From Podarcis liolepis (lineage: Eukaryota): a stretch of 64,000 nt of DNA. Under the pieces are notes generated by a model. It ran no database searches. It had not been told where the DNA came from and saw only the letters and a list, made by a program, of their open reading frames with translations. Position numbers and translations under genes: made by a program. Below are positions 23,319 through 34,994 of this stretch, one piece after another. Location: assembly GCA_965112155.1 (NCBI GenBank), contig OZ218102.1. One strand, written 5' to 3'. Every line of letters starts with the position of its first letter. The stretch's first letter is position 1.

Positions 23319-26300
23319 CTGAAAAGAGAACCGATTATGGTACTGAACATCTTTTTATTACATACGTTAGGCTTCTGTTTTGATGCAGTTCTTCTGTCAG
23401 GGAAGATTAATGAAACGAAAGTGTTGAAGGATCATTCAAGTGCAGGTTAATTTGTATCCAGTTTTTTTAAAAGAAAAAGAGCACAGGTTGCCTACCAGGA
23501 CAAATAAATAATAGCCATTTTTCCTTTGAAAGTATAAAAGCCGTTACTCAAATCTACCTCTCACACTAAGCAGAACTAATATGTTTTTCTGTAAAGCAAA
23601 GAGCACTGGTAAGCAGCCCTTATATTAGCAAAGATGGAGATTAATTTAGATAATATACTAGTTGTGGAATCCATAGACACCACATTAGTGGTCATTAGAA
23701 GATCTCTGTAAATATGAAGGGGTATATATGCTTGGCTGTAGTATAATTCTCCCTCTGGTATTATTTTCTTAGCACTCTGCTTCTATATCTAGCCATAACA
23801 ATTTGGGGCTTCCTTGGCAAGAGAGGGCAACCACTTTGTGAACAGCAAGACGTACAACTGTGTCAGAAAATAAATCTTTGTTGAGAGCACTACTATCCTT
23901 GACAAACAAAGACTCACGCAAAAGACCTCCCTGGTAGACTGAAGGAACACTTACTTGATATAGTGGAAAACAGCATGTGCTGGAAACAATTGTGCTTCTC
24001 CAAGGGTTCTATGTATTTTGTCTTTGTGCTAATAGCCCTAAGCAATCCTCTCTTGTCTACAAATACCAGCACAGCAAGGAAGGAGACACTCAATCAGTGC
24101 AATCCCACATTATGGCTGGAAGATCACTGATCAATTGTAAATGCAAGAGTTCAGAACAGAAAGCAGGTTTTCATGAAGACTGTGGACCATAGCAGTGAGC
24201 TGCATTCTACAGCTCGATTGTTTAGGAAGCTTTTGCCTGTTACTCCCCCCCCCCCGCCGCCCCCAGCATTCATGTAAAATGGTTACTTGTATACCTGAGA
24301 ATGTAAAGCATGAACATGGCAAAAAATAGAGTCCAGTGTTTGGAAGCATGTGTACCCTGAAAATTGCTAGGAAGCCTTGACTCCCTTTGTTGCACATACA
24401 TGGCAAAAACGATATTTGCTGCCATGTGATGAGTAAAGCTGCCCTTGGTTTCCGATCTGTCCAACTCTGAATGAGTGAAGGATTCTTCTCATGGGAAACA
24501 TTTTCTGGCTCACTGCATTTTTAGGCAGCATCTCTGCAGTACTGAAAAGCAACTCCATTTCTCCAAGACTCATTTCCTTTTTTCATTTTGTTCTCACCTA
24601 GATGGGTTGTACTGCATCTGTACTCCAGATATGCTTTTTGTTTTCAGTAAACCCTTTCTTTCAGTTCACCTAGATTGGTTCCCTTCTTCCAGCCAGCCTC
24701 TTGCATGTAATGTTAGTGTTAGAGATGACAGCATTCACTGCACTTCCATCATTATCATGAAAGCATTTCAACCTGCTCTGTCGTGAACTCTTAGCATTGC
24801 AAGACAACAATGCCCAAGGGAACTATCTAGACTTTTTCTAGTGCTCAAATTACACAGGATACAGCAGTCCCCTATCTTTCATGTCAGCTTATCTCTCATG
24901 GCAGCCTTCGGGGGGGGGGAGGTGGGGAAGCATGATACGGCTAAAATTGGGGAGGACTGGGGATGGACCATATTGTTGTTGTTTTTAAGTGTCCCCACAT
25001 TACACAACCAACACTGAAAGGCAGGCTGTGTTCATTCCCATGATCTGAATCAGTCTATTGAGCAGGCTCACTTTAGATGAAAAGCCACCTGAGGCTGCTT
25101 TCACAGGGGACCCAGTCTCACAGACATGGCTCGGGTTGCAGAACTTTCTGCAGCCACTTCCCCATCACTAAACTGGAAGGAGAGGAGCTGCTTCTGCGAT
25201 GCCCCACCTTATTCAGGAGGCATTTTCATAAAGGAATGAGAATGCAACTTTATATCAGGAGACAGTTAAGGACCAAATGGTCACGAAAGGCAAAAGGATT
25301 GTGAAGAATAAGAGGCTGAATAAGACAGCTGAGTAGTTCCCTTCCTTCATTACAGCTACAAGGTCTGTCTAGCACAGGGCTCTCTGATTAATTAATACAT
25401 GCTCCTAATCCACCTCCCTTGCAAGAGAAAGCCGGGCTGCCACAGTTCTCACTACCACTCAGACAGCAGTGTCCAATGAAGCCCATTCAGCCACTAAAGA
25501 CCCACATGTTCCCAGCCCTTCTCCTCCTCCCTAACGGTCTAATCAGAACTGGTCACAAAGCACCGAGCGCCTGCTTTTCAGGCTGCCGCACTGGCTCTCG
25601 CTCCGTGGGACAATGCAGCCCCACTCCCTGAAGCAACTAGTGCCTCCCCCTCCTCCCAGTTATTTTGTTACTTTCTGCTCCTTGATCCCGTATCAGTCTT
25701 TCTGGGGCACCCGAGCCAGAGGCCTTAATTCCATCTGTAATCTGGGCTAAAGCCCCATCGGGGGTGGGGGGATAAAGACCACACAATAGGCGAAATAGAG
25801 TCCCGGGAGATGTTCAAACAAGTAAACACCGTTGTGTCAGAGGAGCAAAATTGCTGAGAAAGCAGATTAGCACCAGCAGCACTGCTGTCCCCCAGATCAG
25901 AAGGTGAGCCCTGCCCTGCTCGCCAGAGCCAACACGCTTCCATGATCACAGCACCGGCGGCCTGCTGGGGCCGGCCCATCTCCCCCAGTCACTCTCCAAA
26001 AAGCAGATTACGGAGAATAACAATTTCTTTGTGGCTGTGTAATTCCCTCCGTGACCGTGACTGTGGAACACTCCATCGGGCCGTAATGCCAAGGCCTTAG
26101 CAACCATTTAACACAACCAGTCGGCCCTAGCGATGCTCCCCCCAAGGCAAACCTCTTGGGCAAGCTTTAACATCAAGTGCAGGAATTAATCCTCATCCCT
26201 CCCCCCCCCGACCCACCCACAAAACCTGAATCCAGGGGTGCTGTGTTATTGCACTTTGTGTTTCTCAAGGCAGGGAATTGCTGGACAAGTTCTTAAAACA

Positions 26301-26789
26301 TTAACCCTTGGAGGGGAGGAGTGTAGCCCATCTGCTCTATACAATATGCAGCTAGAGGTAGATGAGGGGAAGACGTTTGCAGGATCAGGGCAGGAGTAAG
26401 AGGCAGGGGACCCATCATCTAAAGAAAGAGGGACTCCTAGCCAAAACAAAAACAAAGAAAACTGCCCCGCTTTGCAATTCAGAGGAGGAGCTGGGGGAAA
26501 TGAGGTTAGTGGGAGCTATACTTAGGCACCCTACTTAGGGATGCTGGCCAGATGTATATGGAAGCATACAGAGGCAACTATATCACCACATACTGGGAGC
26601 TCTCAAGAGACCTGGCTTTGCTTCTCTGGCTTTGCCATATTCCTCAGCCCGGCTCTTGAAATGCAGAACCTTAAGATATGAAGAGGATTTCCTGTCTCTC
26701 AAAAGGAGGAACACCTGAAAGGATGGTCCTTTAACTCCTGGGCAAGAACATCCTGATAAGTTGAGGTTTGCCTGTCGAAACTGATCCAA

Positions 26790-26945
26790 AAGTCGTAGAA
26801 TTCATAGAAGCATAGAATTGGAAGGGACCCTGAGGATCATCCAGTCCAACCCCCTGCAATGCTGGAATATACAGTTGTCCCATATGGGGATCGAACCTGC
26901 AAACGTGGTTACCAGCACCATTGCTGATAACTGAGCTATTTGACC
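26790..26945 (-). mobile_element. tRNA-head SINE with CR1-derived tail (truncated copy at about 54692-54775)
   Basis: Reverse strand atagctcagtt...ggttcgatcccc then gcattgcagggggttggactggatgatcctcagggtcccttcc...ttctatga, matching the CR1 3' end at 63453-63519. Confidence 0.8.
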
Positions 26946-29900
26946 ACACATGACTGCGATTAATTTGCGGTTGTGTGACTGACAGAGTTGCCTGAAAAAT
27001 GCTCCTTAGATCATGGCTGAACTGCAAACAAGCTTTCTTCTCCTACACTCACATTAGTGAGAAACTTTCCAAGTTGTAAAAAAAGAAGAAAAAAGCTCTT
27101 GACAAATGCCAATAAGGAGAACAGAATTGGAAGCACATCATCTATAGAGGTGCTTCTATGAACATTAGAAATTCTAGAGATTACTTGGGCAGAGAACATT
27201 TATCAGGAATTGAGACCATGGCACTTAAGTTAATCATGGTTATAAAGTAAAATAATATTGTGTAACGTTAAAATGAAGCCACCCTAATCACCTTACAAAA
27301 ATATATTTTTTAAAGCAAACTTCCGGGAATTCTCATGGGATGCTGAAGATTTAACAGAGCTTCTATCCTTTCTAATGAAAGCACCTGCGGTTTTCCTCCC
27401 TTGATACAGCATGAGTAGCACCACATTTGGATGGAAGAGATGTACAAGCAGTTCCCCTAAAAAGAATCTATAACTTAAAAGAAGCCCATTCCTGATTTGT
27501 GCAGTGTGTAACATACCCTAAGCCAGTGGTTTTCAACCCTTTTTGTTGAGCAAGCCCTGTAACAAGCTCCCCCTCCTGGAAAGTGAAATAAAAACATTTT
27601 TAAACTATTACAAAATTCAAAGGCAAAAGTTTGCAATAACTAATCATTACTTGGAATTATTCAACATCATGGGACAAGAATGTTCACAAACGTATTTCCA
27701 AGACTTCATTAAGCTTTCAGTGTCAAGACTTGAGCTTGGTGAATTTTGCAATATACAGTATGTCATGAGACAAACTCAGGGCATGTGTTATTTGTGGACA
27801 CTTCCCACTATTGGATCGCAGGTGTCTGGCCAGCATGAGAGGGCAAAGCAAAATGCCTAAGATGGGAGGCTGTAACATTTTGCAGAATCCCATGGGGATG
27901 CTTGCTGAACCCAAGGTTTCTATGAAAAATGCTGCCCCAAGTGGTACTATATGAACAGAGCCTTCCAACAGCTCTTTTTGTCTGAAACTGTAACACTGAG
28001 AAGATACCCAGGGAGCTAAGGACATGTTGCAAGGCACTTTTGGGTGGGGTGTGTGGATATGGAGGCATTTCAATCTGAAAGCACTTCTAAAGGTGGTATA
28101 AACTACATTCCCATTTGTAAGGAGGATCTCTTAGTGCAAATGAGCTCTCAAGTCTGCAGATGCATCCACAGGAGCTCTCCACCCTTTATCCTGACATGAG
28201 ATCTGTAGCACTTACAACTGCTACATTTACTTACTCACCCACTCATTCTCTTTTGTGTCTGAGACACGACTTCTCCATCAGCACCTCACCTACCTTCCAG
28301 GCTGGGGAAGGATAACATCAAAATGTGCTGGCAGATGGGGACTGTTCAACCTCTTCTGCTTAGACTTGACCCTGAGCCCTCTCATTTATGAACAAAATGA
28401 TTTCCAAAGGGGTGCCCATATCACTCTGTAGCAACAAACACTAGAGTCTCTCCCCTGTAAGAACTATATTGTGTCGTCACCTTTCATAGACTTCATCAGA
28501 TGCATGGAGTAGTCTGAAAAGTTTAGTAGGCCTATACACAAACTGATTCAGATAAAAGCAATCAAAAAACAAACAAACACGCATTAAAATCTAGCCACAA
28601 GGAAGAGAAAATGCAAGAGGTGTTCTATCCAGAGTGCAGAGGGAGTTCAGAATTCAGTTTCAGCCAGTGTCATCACAAAATGAAATCTGAATGGAAAGGG
28701 GCAATCAACAATTGTAAAAGCAGTCAGTGATCAAAATAATTGTTGAATTCTGTTCACTCTTTTTGTGTGAGAACTGGCAAGACCTTTCTTGTATCAGAGA
28801 CTGTGGGGTTAGAGGCAGATGAAACAGAGAAGCAGTTTGCCATTTCCTCCAGATAAAGGACGAGACAGCTTTAGAATCTTATTTTGGAGGCTACCTATGT
28901 GTCTTCCATTGTGTCAAGGTATTCTGGGGCAAGAGCAAACCCTAACTATATGTTCCACTGTAGCTGGTTTAACCACAGAAATAACTACATGTGTGGGTAG
29001 ATTACTCATTCCACTACTTGTTCAAGTAGTAGACCATTTGTGTGAGTGGTTATTTCTGCAGTAATGTCTGTCCTGGCTCGAGCAATTCAATCATTCTGCT
29101 GCCACCCATTTTCCATAAAGATCACCTTTCAACTTCACACATCATAGAAAGGTTGAATGGCTAGTTTTAAGGAAGCCAAGACACTTCACGTTCAACTCAC
29201 TGTACCCTCATCCTGGAAAAGCTTTTCTGTTTGCAACACTACAAAGAGACATTTCGACTCTAAACAATGCCCTTGGGAAGAGGCTCTTGTATCTCTTGCT
29301 ACTACCCAAGCCCCTTCCAAGTGGCAGAAGCATCATCTTACTAGGGTGAAGGCTGCAGTTTGACTGCTGAATACACAAGGTCATCTGGCAGGGGGGAATA
29401 GAATTTAGTTTGCCAGCAGCTCTCCTGTTTTGTCACAATACCCTTCCTGAAATAGTATTCTAACCACACTGCTAGCACTAGGAAATCAGCAGCACAACCA
29501 AGATTAAAAAGGCAGAACAAAATGAGATGACCTGGAAATTCTCCACTGGGTTGCTGTTGTTTTTTACCCAAACCCGGTCTTCCATTATTCAAGCTGGGTT
29601 GAGAACAGAGGCCATAAGAAGTATTGTAGCCCTTTCAGGTCCAGCAAATTTAGGAATGAACTATCAGAGGAAGGAACCTATTTCAACAGCGGCAGTGCAC
29701 TAGAACTGACATGAATTTAAATTTACAAATTAGATGTATCAGAAGCTAATTTTGATGCTGATGAGTTAACACATTCATCTCTCTCTTTTCCAGAAGTTTA
29801 GCCAAAATAGAAGTGGCTAACCTTTTCAGGTCTAACAGCTGCATCACCAAGCAGACCTCTATTTCATTGCATGCACATGTATTAGAATAAAGTGGGGAAC

Positions 29901-32309
29901 CTTTTTCAGCCCGAGGCCCAGATCCACAGTTAACACACTTTCCATGGGTCATTTTGCATTTCTGGCAGGTGGATGGGGCCATTCACCTGTGATCTCATAC
30001 TGCTAAGATCTGAGAAAAGCCCCTGTTGCTGGCTTTTACCATCAAGGAGCAAGCAGCCTTTGAGTATTTAGACAACAAATCTCCACACCTGATGTCATAT
30101 GACTTCAGGTGACTAACAGATGGGAATGATTTGTCCAAAATGGCCTCACAGGGGGCTCCCTACCTACTGATTAAAGCAAACTTGTGCATGATCTTAACCC
30201 AGTGTATCATCCATGCACGATCATCTACACTGGTAGAAAAAAACATGCCCAAGGCAGGCTTAATGACGTTGCCAAAATTTGATAGAAATTTTCATGCACA
30301 GTTACGTTTGGGCATTGTTCGCAAATGTTGTTTGGGTCTCAACAGCCAAATGCTTTGTTTCAATCAACTGCAAACAGCATGCCAACAAAAGTCAGAACTG
30401 GAATGTTCCAGAGCCAATATAGAATTGTGGTACCACTAAGAAATGACTTGGTGCTTAATTTTAACCAGAACTGAATTCGCAAAGGTAATTCCAAGATGGT
30501 GCTGCCCAAAATTATTAATTAAAACGAAGCTAGGATTCTCTAAATACTAACAAAAACCTGTGAGTCACAGAAAACTACACAAATGCTTATTCCTGCCACT
30601 GCCCACCCTCCAGCCTTAGTTCTCCATTTTGATACATTCCAATTTGTTTTTTAAAAGTCACACTGTTGCTTATGCCTATGATTCGCTAATAATATAGGGA
30701 CAGAAAGCATACATGGTGAGAAGCAGAGAAGAATCAGGAGGTGGTCTACTGCTTTTATGAACTCACAGCTAAAAGTTTATTAATAAAGAATCAACAAGTG
30801 TTCCTGGACCATTTACAAATGAACCAGAGTGAAAAGAACTTGGAGGTGTAGCCATAACAGGATTCTTGGGACAAGGCTACTTTTTAAAAAGTTAACGCTG
30901 GACAGCACATTGCTTATAATGCTCCCTGTGCCAGCTGGAGGCACGCATGCCTTTCGCTACAGCAGGGGTGGCAATGATAGCGGTGGTAGCGAGGCTGGAA
31001 AAAAAAGCTTTGCCCTCTTTTCTTCTGGTGACTCTGAATTAGCCCACACACACTTTAAAGGTTCCAATAAAGAGATACAATTTCTTTACCTTTCCTGGCT
31101 CTGAGACCCTGGAAGTTTTTTGTTGTCCGGGTTGTCGTAAGGTTAAGTTCAGAGGATAAACTGACATGCTAGCTATGGGAAAAAGCCAGTTTTCTCAAAT
31201 AAAGCCACAACGGTGCAAAAGAGACCCCTCTGGGGCTTTTATTTGGGAAAACAAACAGAAATGGCACCAAGCCCTTCTGCTTTACGGGCCAATTTAACTA
31301 TCAAACCAACTCTCTCCCTCCCAGAGGCAAAGAAGGGAGAGAGACACGGCAATATGACAATGGCAAGAAACATTCAGGGGAGAAAGGACAAAGCAAGCTG
31401 TCTGTCTCCTTGGCTTTCTTGTTCAGGGTTCTTTTTCTTAGCACACGTGTGTTCTTGTAAAAACGATTAGATTGCAATTTGTATAACATGGTGACCCCCA
31501 AATTCAGACGTTTAACCCCTTTTCTCTGCAAAGAATGTGAAGAATGTCTCAAAGATGGGGGGAATTCGCTCAAATTGGGGGGGCAGTAAGGAAAACCGGC
31601 GGGGAGTTGTGTGGGAATAAGCCACTGTATAGCTTCTTTTTGAACAGACAGCACTTTGGAGGTCTCCTTCGGCCGTCAGACAAAAAAAAAAGGAAAAAGA
31701 AAAAGAAAAATGGAGATTCCAAATCAAAACAAAGCCATCTGTTTAAATGAGCCAGCCCAAAGGGTTGGGGGGGGGGAGTGCTGTGTGTGTGTCCATCCCA
31801 CATGTAGGTGCTCTTATTTTTTATAGCTTCTGTTGATTCTCTTGCCACCTAGAGGAAAATAAAGATTGTCTTATGACTCATGAGCATGAAACTGATCAGA
31901 GACAGAAATCTTCTGGAGGATTTTGTTACAGGTATTGCAAGGTGCTGTTTGAGCACACGAAGGGTCAGAACAGAAGTCAGGAGTACAAGGTAGATTGAAG
32001 GGTAGATGCTGTTGCTTTAACTGTATAAGAACTTCAAATGCAGCAGAAGAGGGCTAAGAACTAAGAAAGTTCAAGTCTACCTAGAACTGATTGTAACCAT
32101 GGTCCTATGCACATTGACTTTTAAATAAGCTTCACAGAAAATCCACCCAACTTACTTCTAAATAAAGGTGGTTGGGACTGAGATATAACTTGGGCTAAAA
32201 AGCAAGACACCATGAGAGTTATAAGGTGTGGATAAAACCTCTGGTAAGTCCCAGCAAATGAGGTTCTGAGTAGGGCTTTCAGTAACCAAATTATTAGATT
32301 CAGGTAGGT

Positions 32310-32395
32310 AGCACACAAAAGCTTATACCCAGAACAAACTTAGTTGGTCTCTAAGGTGCTTACGGACAATTTTTATTTTATTTATTTTTATTTCA
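32310..32395 (+). mobile_element. Penelope-like element terminal fragment
   Basis: gcacacaaaagcttatacccagaacaaacttagttggtctctaaggtgct, recognised as a reptile PLE terminal repeat end. Confidence 0.65.
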
Positions 32396-33139
32396 AATTA
32401 TTAGAGTTTGACTCTATCCATAAGGCATATTTACACAAACCCCGCCCCCTAAAATGCAAAACACAGACACTAAAGATCTACAAAGTGTATTAACCTCTAC
32501 AAAGTGTACCCAACACTGAGGTCAGACAAGCCCCTCAAGATATACCTGGAGAAAAGTCTTACTTGTTCAACTCCTCTTGACTTGGGTATCAATCAGATAA
32601 ACCCATATGCTGTCCCTCTTAACAGTCAAAAATATTAAGCTTCAGAGGGTGAAAGCGCATTCTGGTTACATGTCAGCACAGAGACAAAAAGGCTTATTTT
32701 TAAATTGTGATCTTTGAAAGAGACTGTGCTTCCAAAAGTGAACATCTAAATTCTGATCAAGATTCTTTAGCCAGGAACGTTAATATTGGAAACAACAAAA
32801 AATATTTCAGTCTATAGCTTTGAAAAAAGTGTATGTCTTACACCCCTTTTGAAGAGACAGCAAGAAGGTAGCTTTCCTCACATCTTCTGGGAGAAGGTTT
32901 CATAGTTTTGGAGCAGTCCCTATAAAAGGCCTGCTCTGACTAGTTAAAGCTTATTTGGTTATATTTCACTAGTTTTATATACCACTTGATTGTAAGAAAA
33001 CCTTAAAGTAGTTTACAAGAAGAATAAAACAACAAAATTATCAGTAAAAAGAGTTAAAAACTGCTATTTGAATTTTTTTAAAAAATAAAAATAAAGTATA
33101 AGCTCAAAGCCAGAATAAATACATGCCAGCATTCCACAT

Positions 33140-33520
33140 GTCTGGATAGGCTTGCCTGAAAAGAAATATTTTTTGCAGGCACTGATAAGGTGCCTGCCTG
33201 ATGTCACTAGGCAGGGAAGCTATGTCATCTACAAGGGAAGCTCCATGTAGACTGCACTATAGCTATCCAGCTTGGAAACTACAGTGGCATGGATCAGCAT
33301 AGCAAAGTCTGACATTTCTATAAGAGGGAGGAGGGAAAACTTCCTTATGACCAGAATATAGTAGGAGAGCCTCCTGGCAACACCTCCAACCTGTTTCTTA
33401 AGAAGCAGTGGTAGGTCCAGGAGTATTCCCAATATTCTTTAATAAAGGTCTCTGTGATTTATCTTAATTGGGGAACCACAGGCAGGCTAATCTCCTCCAC
33501 ATCCTTGCTATTCCATATCA
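33140..33520 (-). mobile_element. Degenerate L2-like LINE fragment
   Basis: Reverse translation LIHATVVSKLDSYSAVYMELPL resembles the L2 ORF2 C-terminal motif LVHALVTSRLDYCN. Confidence 0.6.
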
Positions 33521-33839
33521 GCATGAATATATATTGATCTCACTGAACAACTACGGGTAACTTGGTATGTTCTGAATCAATAGTAGGAATGGGGAACATG
33601 GGACTATTCAGATGTTGTTGTATTACAGCTTTCATCATCCCTAAACTACTGACCATGCTGACCAATGCTGATGGAATTTAGAGTCCAACAATATCAGGAG
33701 GGTCTTATGTTCTCAATCCCTGCTCAATAAAATTGTGGAAAAGGTCTTCATTTTATGGATGCAATGTGTTGTATTCCTCCAGAATCTTCAAGTGAAGCAG
33801 ATACTAAACCATTTGTTGGTGCAACAAAGATCCCTAAAA

Positions 33840-34994
33840 CAGTGTTTTTCAACCTTTTTTGGGCAAAGGCACACTTGTTTCATGAAAAAAATCACGAGGC
33901 ACACCACCACTGTGTGCGGAGAGGGAGATGTCAGAGCCCCGCTGCTCTCTATGGGGAATCGGATGAGAGCAGACCACCTGTCCGCTCTCATCCGATCCCA
34001 TCCGATCTGATCCCCACCCAGGACGGATGGAAAATAGGGTGGACACAGTCCGGCGTCCGCCTAGTGGGCGAAAATTTGACTTTTTTTAAAAAAAAAACTT
34101 AGGCTTATTTTTACTCATGACAATATTTGTTAAAAATATTACATCTGCCTTTGAGAAGAGAGAGTATCATATTTTTATAATGTGGAAAAATAAACTCTAC
34201 AGACATCCCAAATTGGCACACAGGTGCTTTAAAATAACATCCTCTCACAGGATAATTCCAAAGGGGTGCTTTGCTCCCACCCTGTTTACCCAATTATTCT
34301 TTAAACACACTGGACTGCATGAATGGGTATAAGATGAGAATACCTAAAAACAGTAAAATGTTTATTTTCTTAGAAAAAAAGAGGGATTCAAACTGATTGT
34401 GGTCACAACGTCCATCTGTTTAACCTTGAAGTCCCCCCCCCCCCGCGCGCTCTCCTTCCTCGGTGCCTCTCGCTCCCCGGAGAGGCCGCCCAGCGCGGGG
34501 CTCTCGCCGTCTGCCTGCCTGGCTGCCTGCGAGCTCGGCGGGCAGCGCCTCCGTCCGCAGCGCCCGCCTCGCGGCTCTCGAGTGGCGCTTGCCCGGGAGG
34601 ACACGCGGGAGCCCCGGGAGCTTCTTCCTCCGCCCACCGGAGCCGGAGCGCCGCTTGGAGCGCCGAGGAAGGAGAGCGCGCCGGGGGGGGGGACTTCAAG
34701 GTTAAACAGATGAGAGCCGCGAGGCGGGCGCTGCGGACGGAGGCGCTGCCCGCCGAGCTCGCAGGCAGCCAGGCAGGCAGACAGTGAGAGCCCCGCGCTG
34801 GGCGGCCTCTCCTCGCCGCCGCCGCCCCGCCTCTCGCCGCCCGACTCGCCCGCCTCCCTCCGGGGACGGCGCCCCAATCGAAAATTTGACTTTAAAAAAA
34901 AAAATCTTTCGAATTTTTTAATTTTCCCCACGGCACACCAGGCAACATCTCGTGGCACACTAGTGTGCCGCGGAACAGTGGTTGAAAAACACTG
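33840..34994. mobile_element. Young non-autonomous hAT (Charlie-like) element, 1155 bp
   Basis: Perfect 15 bp TIRs cagtgtttttcaacc/ggttgaaaaacactg; perfect 8 bp TSD ccctaaaa at 33832-33839 and 34995-35002; ggcacac subterminal repeats. Confidence 0.95.
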
